From Bacteroidota bacterium (GTDB taxonomy: Bacteria > Bacteroidota > Bacteroidia > Cytophagales > Spirosomataceae), in assembly GCA_046047395.1 (NCBI GenBank), contig JBJOIA010000007.1, positions 1-27,642 on the forward strand: a stretch of 27,642 bases of DNA, written 5' to 3'. The first letter of the stretch is position 1; every line of letters begins with the position of its first letter. Of this stretch, positions 8,785-16,878 are shown in pieces. The notes under the pieces were generated by a model. The model was given only the letters and a program-made list of their open reading frames with translations. It ran no database searches and was not told the DNA's origin. Both the position numbers and the translations under genes were made by a program.

Positions 8785-9807
8785 TCAACTAATATATTTA
8801 AATTTTACTGTGGCTAATACATTATTTTTGTTGAATGGTTCCAAATTCAATTGAGCGGTAGAACCGAATATTAATTCTAATCGTTGTTTTGTAATATCGG
8901 TTCCAAAACCAGATTCAGGATTTTCCAAACCTACTAATTTTCCGGGATTTATTACCTTAATCAAAATGAATTCATCAATTTTTTGAATGGAAATCGTGAT
9001 TTTTCCGCCTTTAATAGTTTTGGAAATTCCATGTTTAATTGAATTTTCAACGAGGGTTTGAAGAATCATGGGCGGAATTAATCCGTTTTTTGTTTCATCC
9101 GAAATATCAAATTCCCATTCCAACCTTTCCTCATACCGAATTTTTTCAAGGGCTAGATAATCTTTTACAGTTTCAATTTCTTCCTTTATAGGAATGAGGT
9201 TTTGTCTGTCTGCGAGCAGGGAGTTTCGAAGGAGTTTGGAAAGTTTGGTAATAGCTGATTCGGCTTTTTCAGGACTTTCATGGATTAGGCTTCTAATTCC
9301 GTTTAGGGCATTAAAAACAAAATGGGGGTTCATTTGTGTTCGAAGCATTTTCCCTTCTGTGGCACGGATTGTCATTTCCAGGTTTTGGTTTTTCATCTGC
9401 ATTTCTGCTTTTTTATTTGAATATTGGTAGATGAAATAAATAAGCTGCCAAATTGCGATGGGTTTACTAAAATCTAGAATAACTTGTAAAAAAGTAAAGG
9501 TGCTGATATTGATTGAATAATTTTCCTCCAAAATCAGAGCATCAATTGGAAGGTTAATCATCGTGAAAATAAAGGACAATAATACGAGAGATAGTATTTC
9601 GTATGGGATGAGTTTTTTTAGGGGAAATTCCTGCCAAGACTGTTTATTATAGATAATTCTATAGGAATGGGTTAGAAATATACCGAGAATAATATTGAAA
9701 ATACCTGAAAACAACCATTCGATTCTCCATCCAAAATTTTGTGTATAGACGAGGGTCTCATTTAATGACCAAAGCGTCCAACCCAAAATTTGAAATAACC
9801 AATACAT
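8785..9807 (-). CDS. LytS/YehU-type membrane sensor histidine kinase
   Basis: N-terminal TM helices, H-box QMNPHFVFNALN, YLALEKIRY, N-box QTLVENSIKHG; adjacent to the LytTR regulator. Confidence 0.9.
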   Translation of the reverse strand: MYWLFQILGWTLWSLNETLVYTQNFGWRIEWLFSGIFNIILGIFLTHSYRIIYNKQSWQEFPLKKLIPYEILSLVLLSFIFTMINLPIDALILEENYSINISTFTFLQVILDFSKPIAIWQLIYFIYQYSNKKAEMQMKNQNLEMTIRATEGKMLRTQMNPHFVFNALNGIRSLIHESPEKAESAITKLSKLLRNSLLADRQNLIPIKEEIETVKDYLALEKIRYEERLEWEFDISDETKNGLIPPMILQTLVENSIKHGISKTIKGGKITISIQKIDEFILIKVINPGKLVGLENPESGFGTDITKQRLELIFGSTAQLNLEPFNKNNVLATVKFKYIS

Positions 9808-9808
9808 T

Positions 9809-10450
9809 TTATATGCTATCTTTTAAATTTTTCAAATGTTCAATATTGCATTCATCCATAATTTCGATAGAATTTTTATCATAGTCAAAAACTAAATGAT
9901 AAAGGCAAAGATTTTGGTGACGAAATTTGTCCATTTCATGGAGGGGGCAATTTGTCATTAAGGTCAATAAAATTCGGATGGCTCTACCGTGCATAGCCAT
10001 TAAAATATTTTCTTCGTCTCGTCTAGAAAATATGATGTCTAGCACTGGTTTTTGTCGAGCGATTACATCTTCCGGACTTTCTCCGTCTGCGCATTGGATA
10101 TGGGTATTGCCCTTTCTCCATTCATAAATTAGGTTTTTATAGTATTTATTACCTTCGGAATTAATAATTTGTCCTTCTTTATTTCCCCAGGAGATTTCAT
10201 TTAGGCCTTCATATTGTTCCCAAGGGATACCTTTTTCGATGAATTTTTGAACGGATTGGTGGGTTCTTTTTAATTTGGAAGTATAGATTTTATGAAGGGG
10301 GAGGGAATGGTAGGATTCATAAAATGCTTGGGCTTGTTTTTTTCCGAGTTCGTTTAGATCTGAATCTATTCCAGAACCTTGAACGACTCCTTTTCTATTA
10401 TAATCTGTTTCTCCGTGGCGAATTAAGTATATATTTTTTTTAGATGCCAT
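9809..10450 (-). CDS. Histidine phosphatase family protein (PGAM/PhoE-like)
   Basis: RHGETDYN catalytic motif, SKLKRTHQS, GESP and second His in AMHGRAIR. Confidence 0.9.
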   Translation of the reverse strand: MASKKNIYLIRHGETDYNRKGVVQGSGIDSDLNELGKKQAQAFYESYHSLPLHKIYTSKLKRTHQSVQKFIEKGIPWEQYEGLNEISWGNKEGQIINSEGNKYYKNLIYEWRKGNTHIQCADGESPEDVIARQKPVLDIIFSRRDEENILMAMHGRAIRILLTLMTNCPLHEMDKFRHQNLCLYHLVFDYDKNSIEIMDECNIEHLKNLKDSI

Positions 10451-10459
10451 ATATTTATT

Positions 10460-10467
10460 TATTTTTG
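10460..10467 (+). promoter_or_regulatory. -7 element TATTTTTG for the thioesterase-menF pair
   Basis: TAnnTTTG match about 40 nt upstream of the ATG at 10507. Confidence 0.5.
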
Positions 10468-10499
10468 AGGAATTAGATTTTCCTGAAAGAATAAATTTA

Positions 10500-10507
10500 C
10501 AAAATTA
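10500..10507 (-). promoter_or_regulatory. -7 element TAATTTTG for the phosphatase-kinase-regulator operon
   Basis: caaaatta at 10500-10507, about 50 nt upstream of the ATG at 10450 on the minus strand. Confidence 0.45.
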
Positions 10508-10932
10508 TGTTTAAAGTTAATCGAAGTATTGAGGAGTTAAATGAATGGTGCAAGGGAAATATGTTGGAACATTTGGGAATTAAATTCCTTGAGGCAAGTC
10601 CGGAATATTTAAAGGCGAGTATGCCTGTGGATCATCGAACCAAACAGCCATTTGGTTTGTTACATGGAGGAGCTTCTGTGGTATTATCTGAAACATTGGG
10701 ATCTGTTGCTACGGCATTTGCGGTGGAGGATTATACGAAGGAGGTTGGAGTAGGAGTAGAGATTAATGCGAATCATTTAAAATCGGTTACTTCAGGAACA
10801 GTCATTGGAATTTGCACACCAATAAGGCTAGGGAGGAAGATTCAGGTTTTTGAAACGAAGATTTATAATGAGGAAGAGGAGTTGATATGTGTGAGTAGGT
10901 TAACCTGTGCAATTGTACCATTGAGGTCATAA
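10507..10932 (+). CDS. menI: PaaI/hotdog thioesterase, probable 1,4-dihydroxy-2-naphthoyl-CoA hydrolase
   Basis: MPVDHRTKQPFGLLHGGASVVLSETLGS and GVEINANHLKS are typical of YdiI/MenI; 1 nt upstream of menF. Confidence 0.75.
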   Translation: MFKVNRSIEELNEWCKGNMLEHLGIKFLEASPEYLKASMPVDHRTKQPFGLLHGGASVVLSETLGSVATAFAVEDYTKEVGVGVEINANHLKSVTSGTVIGICTPIRLGRKIQVFETKIYNEEEELICVSRLTCAIVPLRS

Positions 10933-10933
10933 T

Positions 10934-12034
10934 ATGAATCATTTTAAGGATTTTTCTTTTTCGGAATGGCAGGATGTTTGGGAGAATAATTTAGGTAATT
11001 CTGCCATGGCTTTATGGAAATTGCCCCAGACGGATCAGGTGAATTTCATCATTGATCATCAGGGGGGTAGTGAATTAGACCATAAGAATATCGAACAATT
11101 ACGTCCTGGATTTGTGATTGCTGATTTTGAGGGGAAATTGATTTATTTAAATGCGAAGGATTATTATTCTGATCGGATACCCAAGATATTTTTTGAGGGG
11201 GGGAAATTCGATATAGAGGAAGACATAAATGAAAAGAATAGATATTTAAAATTGGTAGAGGAAACGGTTGAGGAGATTTCCAAGGGGAAAATGCAGAAGG
11301 TGGTATTATCTAGGAGGCGGAAAGCGTCTTTGGAAAAGGTTCCGATTATGGAGATTTTTAAGCGCCTTGGGAATTTATATCCGGATGCATTTATCTCTGC
11401 CTTTACTTTGCCGGGAGAAGAATCTATTTGGGTTGGATCTAGTCCAGAAATTTTAGTACAACAAAATAAGGAGGGGGTTTTCCGTACGTTTTCCTTGGCA
11501 GGTACACAAGTTGCATTGCCGGGGGTTCAGGTGGGGCAGGTATTGTGGGGACAAAAAGAAATTGAGGAGCAGGCCTATGTGAGTCGGTATATTATTGATT
11601 GTTTCAAGAAGATTCGTTTGAGGGAATATGCGGAGATAGGACCAAAAACTGTTTTAGCGGGGAATTTATGGCATTTGAAAACGGAGTATCGGGTTAATAC
11701 TGAATTATTAAATTATAAGCAATTGGCGAGTACGATGTTAGATTTATTGCATCCTACCTCGGCGGTATGCGGCACGCCCAAGAATTTGGCCAAGGAATGG
11801 ATTTTAAAAAAAGAGGGTTATGATCGGAAGTACTATACGGGCTATCTTGGTCCGATAAATTTTGATTTGGAGATTTCGATATTTGTCAATCTACGAACGG
11901 TTGAATTATACGGTAGGGGGGATCATTGGGAAGGGTATTTTTATGCTGGTGGAGGCATAACTGAAAATTCAAATCCTCAGAAAGAATGGGAGGAGACAGA
12001 ATTAAAGATTCAGACCATGTTGAGGGGGTTTTAG
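10934..12034 (+). CDS. menF: Isochorismate synthase (chorismate-binding MST enzyme)
   Basis: KVVLSR (catalytic Lys), GSSPE, SLAGT, LHPTSAVCGTP, YYTGYLG, FVNLR, YAGGGI...EWEETELK; paired with a MenI-like gene. Confidence 0.85.
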   Translation: MNHFKDFSFSEWQDVWENNLGNSAMALWKLPQTDQVNFIIDHQGGSELDHKNIEQLRPGFVIADFEGKLIYLNAKDYYSDRIPKIFFEGGKFDIEEDINEKNRYLKLVEETVEEISKGKMQKVVLSRRRKASLEKVPIMEIFKRLGNLYPDAFISAFTLPGEESIWVGSSPEILVQQNKEGVFRTFSLAGTQVALPGVQVGQVLWGQKEIEEQAYVSRYIIDCFKKIRLREYAEIGPKTVLAGNLWHLKTEYRVNTELLNYKQLASTMLDLLHPTSAVCGTPKNLAKEWILKKEGYDRKYYTGYLGPINFDLEISIFVNLRTVELYGRGDHWEGYFYAGGGITENSNPQKEWEETELKIQTMLRGF

Positions 12035-12041
12035 TTTAAGG

Positions 12042-12156
12042 GAAGAGGGAAGAGTTACGAACTACAAGTGAAGAGTGAAGAGTGAAGAATTCGAATTAAG
12101 AATTAAGAATTAAATGAACTCCTAGTTCGTAGTTGGTAGTTCGTAGTTCGTAGCTC
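12042..12156. repeat. Intergenic heptamer-periodic repeat array with a long-range inverted repeat
   Basis: In-phase 7-mers GAAGAGG GAAGAGT TACGAAC TACAAGT GAAGAGT GAAGAGT GAAGAAT TCGAATT AAGAATT AAGAATT (12042-12111), then TAGTTCG TAGTTGG TAGTTCG TAGTTCG (12123-12150). 12052-12065 pairs with 12143-12156 (13 Watson-Crick pairs plus 1 G-U). Confidence 0.9.
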
Positions 12157-13426
12157 ATTGTTCGATGGTCAGTTGAACGCGTTCTATTTTGGCATCGGAT
12201 ACTTCTAACACTTTGAAAGAGAATTTATCAATTTCTATGACTTGATTTTCAGCTGGGAAATCTTCGTAATTCGCAAATAACATCCCTGAAATTGTATCGT
12301 AATCTCCCTCAGGAAGATTCAATTTATATTTTTCGTTTAGGTATTCTATTTCTTGTCGACCAGATAAAATAAAGGTATTATGATCTATTTGTTTTTCTTC
12401 CCAATCTTCTGAATCATCAAATTCATCCTGTATTTCTCCGAAGATTTTTTCCATTACATCTTCCATGGAAACTAATCCGGAAGTAGAACCAAATTCATCT
12501 ACCACCAATGCCAAAGATTTTCTCTCCTTGGATAATTTCAACATTAAATCATTGGCCATCATGGCTTCTGGGACAATTAAAATCGTATTTAAAATTGAAT
12601 TAATATCTTTAGGCTTTTTAAATAAGGCCATGGAATGACAATATCCGATTACATCTTCTAAGCTTTCCTTATAAATTAGAACTTTTGAATGGCCAGATTC
12701 CACAAATACTTCCTTCAATTTTTCAATTCCATCCTCTAAATCAATTGCCGTAATTTCTGTCCGAGGAATCATACAATCTCTTACACGAACCTCCTTAAAT
12801 TCAAGGGCATTATGGAATATTTTTGCATCCACTTCCGATAAATCCTCATCCTCTGGTTGGTTATTTAAATTCTGGAAATAATGGTTTAAGTCGGTAAGTC
12901 CGAAAGCGGGTTTTTCTTCCGAATATTTCAATCTTAGAACTTTAAGAATAAATAATTTTGAAAGCTCTACGATAAACCATACAAAAGGATAAAGTAAATA
13001 ATAGATAATGGCGATTGGGATGGCCAGCCATTCTAAAATTAAATCTGGATTTATTAAAAATAAACTTTTTGGGGTATATTCTGAGGTTATCAATAATATC
13101 ACCGTTGCCAATAATGAAGCGATAAATCGAAGAAAAACCTCATTGATTGAAAGGGGGATTATTCCAACCAAAAAATGATAAAGGCTTTCTTCCATGAAGA
13201 TTCCATATAATACAAGAGCTAGGGTATTCCCTACCAACATGGTACCAATAAAATGGGAGGGTTTATTATTGAAAAATGATATTATTTTAGCATTCCATTT
13301 ATTTTGCTTTCCCTTTAATTCAAAATATAATTTATTGGACGAAACATAAGCCATTTCAACTCCCGAAAAAAATGCGGATAAGATTAATGAAATAAGGATA
13401 AAATTAAATTCGGGGCCTTCAGTCAT
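12155..13426 (-). CDS. Hemolysin/HlyC-CorC (CNNM, DUF21-CBS-CorC) family membrane protein
   Basis: DUF21 start LSAFFSGVEMA, SEYTPK, CBS pair (VRDCMIPR, GHSKVLIY, LALVVDEFGSTSGLVSMED), CorC C-terminal domain (YDTISG). GldE is a relative, but I cannot support that name. Confidence 0.88.
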   Translation of the reverse strand: MTEGPEFNFILISLILSAFFSGVEMAYVSSNKLYFELKGKQNKWNAKIISFFNNKPSHFIGTMLVGNTLALVLYGIFMEESLYHFLVGIIPLSINEVFLRFIASLLATVILLITSEYTPKSLFLINPDLILEWLAIPIAIIYYLLYPFVWFIVELSKLFILKVLRLKYSEEKPAFGLTDLNHYFQNLNNQPEDEDLSEVDAKIFHNALEFKEVRVRDCMIPRTEITAIDLEDGIEKLKEVFVESGHSKVLIYKESLEDVIGYCHSMALFKKPKDINSILNTILIVPEAMMANDLMLKLSKERKSLALVVDEFGSTSGLVSMEDVMEKIFGEIQDEFDDSEDWEEKQIDHNTFILSGRQEIEYLNEKYKLNLPEGDYDTISGMLFANYEDFPAENQVIEIDKFSFKVLEVSDAKIERVQLTIEQ

Positions 13427-13432
13427 GATTTA

Positions 13433-13690
13433 TTATTTTTTTGACCGTTTCTTGTTGAATCTTTTTTCTTGTTCTTTTTGCGAATTTTTATCTTTTGCAA
13501 TACGCATTTGTCTAAAATATTGGTAAACAAATAAAGCAGAGATGCAAAACATTAACCAAAAATAATGGTAATTCAATTCTGCCCAAAAATCTCCTCGAAT
13601 ATTTTCGGGAATAGGAGAGTTTAAATCCATTACCCAAATGATAAAGAAGCCAATACCTACTGCCAAGCTTATTTTTTCTTTTCCACTCAT
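13433..13690 (-). CDS. Small two-TM hypothetical membrane protein (85 aa) with a basic C-terminal tail
   Basis: The ATG at 13690 overlaps the ccmF stop (ATGA). Hydrophobic segments ISLAVGIGFFIIWV and YFWLMFCISALFVYQYF. It fills the gap up to 6 nt before the next gene. The 115-aa ORF-track version overlaps ccmF by 94 nt and is less likely. Confidence 0.75.
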   Translation of the reverse strand: MSGKEKISLAVGIGFFIIWVMDLNSPIPENIRGDFWAELNYHYFWLMFCISALFVYQYFRQMRIAKDKNSQKEQEKRFNKKRSKK

Positions 13691-16236
13691 GCGATTGCTT
13701 TCGGTTTTAAATATTTCGCCATTGCAATAAAGGTACCTAAAAATAATATAATTGAACCAATCCAAACAAGATTTATCCAAGGTTTTTCAATCGCTTTAAT
13801 GATAATTAGATCCTGGCTAGTGGTATTTACTGCGAAGGAAAATTCAGAAGTATTGGGATTAATACCGGTAAATTTAATTTTTATTCCTGATTCAATGCTT
13901 TCAAATGCGGGCATAGCCACCAGGCCATCTTTAATGATGAATTGTGGTTTTAAGCTATATTGAATAAAGTTTTTCCCTAAAACAGAGAAATTTGCTTCTA
14001 CTGCTGCGTCCTGTTCTCCTAATTCCATTCCATCCACATTCATAACTCTTTCAACCTGATTTAGGGTTACGACGAAATCATTGATAAATAAGGTATCGCC
14101 AATTGAAAGGGTATAATTTTGTGTTTCAGACCAATTTTTTTCTTCAGAACCACCTGCAGCTAGGATTGGATCAAGGGAAACATAGGTATAGATATCGTGA
14201 CTAGAATTATGTTTAATATCGGGGGAGATGGCTGTTCCCATTTTCGGATTTACTTGCCAACGAGGAAATAAAGAAACGGTTTTTCCTTCTTTATCTTTAA
14301 ATTCTAATTCAAAATAAGTGTTTTCTGGTTCGGTAGTAAGGGTATCGCCTTTATGAATGGTTTCATTTCCAACGATAATATCTTTTAAAGCGACTGTATG
14401 AAAATCATTTTCAATCAAATAAAAATCATTTTTGTTGAAATAACCGGGGTAATCTCTTAGGGCGATTTTTCGACCTTTATAAGTAATAGTATAATTCTGC
14501 ATGGAGGCAGGTTCGCCAAGCCATAAAGGGAGATTTTCTTTATTTTCTTTATTATCGTCTTTGGTAAATTCTTCGGATTTATTTGAAATGGCAAAACCTG
14601 AATTATTCAAGGAAACGATTTTAGAATATCCGGAGGAGAATAAAATTCCTACCAGCATGATGGCTAAACCAAAATGGGAAATTGCTCCACCTGATAGATT
14701 GAATTTTGCTTTTAAAAGGTGAAGAACTATTGAGCCATTGGTTATTATTCCAAATATTCCTGCGAATAAAAATAAGATATAAACAGGATTGAATACCTCT
14801 CCGAAATTAATTACTAAAATGGTAAGGATAGCAGTAATTAAGGTAGGAGTATAAAGTGATTTTAAATTTGCTTTCCCTTTTAATTTTCCCCACCAAATAT
14901 ATTGTCCGATTCCTGAGCAAATTCCTACCAAGATATAAATCCAGATTTGAATTTTGCTATAATGTTCTACCTGATCTGCAGGCAAGGCAATATTGGAAAG
15001 TATGCCAAAAGATTCTAAAATTTTATTATAAACAGGGATGGAAGTAGTAAAGGTAAGTTGAAATGCCGATAAACCTAAAAGTGAAGCTGAAACGAAAATC
15101 CAGAATTCGCGACTATATACTTGTAATTCTTTATCATCTGAAGGGATATTTTTCCAGCGATAAAAAGCCATTCCTACGGCAACGAAAAGGAAGGTTAATA
15201 AATAAATTAGTAATTGTCCGGATAAACCAAGATCTGTAAAGGAGTGTACGGAGGCATTTCCTAGGATTCCGGATCTGTTTAAGAAGGTTGAATATAGGAC
15301 AAGGATAAAGGTTGCAATTACAAGAATTATGGAGGTTTTTAGAGAGCCTGATGAGGTTTTTGCATGAACCATGGTATGGACGGCTGCAATGAGGGTTAAC
15401 CAAGGGACGAAAGAAGCATTTTCTACCGGGTCCCAGTTCCAATATCCTCCGAAATTTAGGGTTTCATAGGCCCAATATGCGCCCATCATGATTCCAATTC
15501 CAAGAATTGCAAGGGAGAATAAGGACCAAGACATAGAAGGCTGGATCCATTCTTTTAATTTTTTTTTCCAAAGGCCTGCGATTAAATAGGAAAATGGAAC
15601 TAAGGTAAGGGCAAAGCCTAGAAAAAGGGTTGGAGGGTGGATGACCATCCAATAATTTTGAAGTAGGGGGTTAAGGCCTCTTCCATCTTCTGGGATGAAA
15701 TCGGGGTTCATTTGCCAAACAGGAAGATCAGGTTGTGCCTCTCTCAATAATAAGAAAGGAGATGATCCTATTTTCAATTCAATACCTGGGATAATGATAC
15801 CTAAAATCATGGAGGTAAGAAATGCCTGAACAAGGCTAAAGGTAAACATGACGGGGCCTTCCCATTCTGATTTTTTACTACTTAATAATACCCCAATGAT
15901 GGCTTGCCAGAAAATCCATAATAAGAAAGAACCTTCTTGTCCTTCCCAATAGCAAGAGACCATGTATTTCAATGGAAGGGCTAAAGAGGAGTGTGTAAAG
16001 GCATATTGGTATTCGAAGTAATGATTATAAATTATAATGAATAGGGAAGCTGCTACGCCAATTACAGCCAATAAATGGGTAAAGAAAATGGTTCTTCCAA
16101 ATTTAAGCCATTCATTTTTTTCTATTTCAATTTTGGAATTACTTGCTTTGAAATAGGAATAAGTAGCAATTAAGGAAGTGATAAAAGAGCTTATCACTAA
16201 AATATGTCCAACCTGGCCGATTGTTTCGTGTATCAT
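13687..16236 (-). CDS. ccmF: Cytochrome c maturation heme lyase CcmF (long form, 849 aa)
   Basis: WEGQEGSFLLW, LNPLLQNYWMVIHPP, WAYETLNFGGYWNWDPVEN (WWD domain), conserved His in AVHT, SVHSF and ISHFG. Confidence 0.93.
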   Translation of the reverse strand: MIHETIGQVGHILVISSFITSLIATYSYFKASNSKIEIEKNEWLKFGRTIFFTHLLAVIGVAASLFIIIYNHYFEYQYAFTHSSLALPLKYMVSCYWEGQEGSFLLWIFWQAIIGVLLSSKKSEWEGPVMFTFSLVQAFLTSMILGIIIPGIELKIGSSPFLLLREAQPDLPVWQMNPDFIPEDGRGLNPLLQNYWMVIHPPTLFLGFALTLVPFSYLIAGLWKKKLKEWIQPSMSWSLFSLAILGIGIMMGAYWAYETLNFGGYWNWDPVENASFVPWLTLIAAVHTMVHAKTSSGSLKTSIILVIATFILVLYSTFLNRSGILGNASVHSFTDLGLSGQLLIYLLTFLFVAVGMAFYRWKNIPSDDKELQVYSREFWIFVSASLLGLSAFQLTFTTSIPVYNKILESFGILSNIALPADQVEHYSKIQIWIYILVGICSGIGQYIWWGKLKGKANLKSLYTPTLITAILTILVINFGEVFNPVYILFLFAGIFGIITNGSIVLHLLKAKFNLSGGAISHFGLAIMLVGILFSSGYSKIVSLNNSGFAISNKSEEFTKDDNKENKENLPLWLGEPASMQNYTITYKGRKIALRDYPGYFNKNDFYLIENDFHTVALKDIIVGNETIHKGDTLTTEPENTYFELEFKDKEGKTVSLFPRWQVNPKMGTAISPDIKHNSSHDIYTYVSLDPILAAGGSEEKNWSETQNYTLSIGDTLFINDFVVTLNQVERVMNVDGMELGEQDAAVEANFSVLGKNFIQYSLKPQFIIKDGLVAMPAFESIESGIKIKFTGINPNTSEFSFAVNTTSQDLIIIKAIEKPWINLVWIGSIILFLGTFIAMAKYLKPKAIA

Positions 16237-16661
16237 TATAAATTGGTTTCTTCAATTTTACCTTCTTGATATTTTGAAGGGCATTTTAATAGAATTTTAT
16301 CACAATAGAAATTATGATCTTGGTTATTCATGCTACCGATAAGCACAATTTTTTCAGATTTTTCAAAATCTTGGGGTTTAGGGGAGCCATAAATTACTTT
16401 ATTTTCTCTACCAAGGCTATCGATTACGGTAAATTCTAGTCTATTTGCGTCGATTTCAGGATTATAAACCATTTCTAGGATTTTACCTTCAGCATCTTTT
16501 TTCAATTCGCCCACGACATGCACTTTTTGTTCAGGGCTAGATTGGGCGATTTTTTCAGCTTCGTCAAAACCTACGTAGGTGGAGGCATCTGCTGATGTAA
16601 TCAGGATGATACCGATGGCTACGGCGATAAGGATTAGTCCAAAAATATGTGATTTTTTCAT
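16236..16661 (-). CDS. ccmE: Heme chaperone CcmE, CxxxY (System I*) variant
   Basis: N-terminal TM anchor, OB-fold motifs (VHVVGEL, KPQDF...IVLIG), KILLKCPSKY in place of HxxxY. Its TAA overlaps the ccmF ATG. Confidence 0.92.
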   Translation of the reverse strand: MKKSHIFGLILIAVAIGIILITSADASTYVGFDEAEKIAQSSPEQKVHVVGELKKDAEGKILEMVYNPEIDANRLEFTVIDSLGRENKVIYGSPKPQDFEKSEKIVLIGSMNNQDHNFYCDKILLKCPSKYQEGKIEETNL

Positions 16662-16662
16662 T

Positions 16663-16878
16663 TTAGTTTTTCTTATTTAAACGATTTTCTAACTTATTTA
16701 GTTTCGAATCGAGACTAAAAAGGTAGAAGAAAATACCGATTAAAATTACGAGAACAACGGCTACGACGACATAAATTTTACCTTCTTGGCGCATTTTGTC
16801 TGCCATTTCAATTTCTTGAGAAAATGCGGAGAAATTGATTAATAATAGGGTAAATATTAGGAATAATTTATTTTTCAT
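16663..16878 (-). CDS. ccmD: CcmD-like small membrane protein
   Basis: Position between ccmC and ccmE; single TM YVVVAVVLVILIGIFFYLF followed by a charged amphipathic tail; N-terminal signal-like segment. The start is the ATG at 16878 or at 16890. Confidence 0.75.
   Translation of the reverse strand: MKNKLFLIFTLLLINFSAFSQEIEMADKMRQEGKIYVVVAVVLVILIGIFFYLFSLDSKLNKLENRLNKKN

Noticed and set aside
12042-12156. Possible CRISPR array or tRNA in the repeat-rich spacer
   Set aside because: Units are 7 nt with no unique spacers, there are no cas genes in the window, and there is no cloverleaf, T-loop or CCA signature.
12155-13426. Naming the CNNM/CBS gene gldE because gldJ is nearby
   Set aside because: The family is right, but paralogs cannot be separated by eye and gldD is not adjacent; the symbol is left empty.
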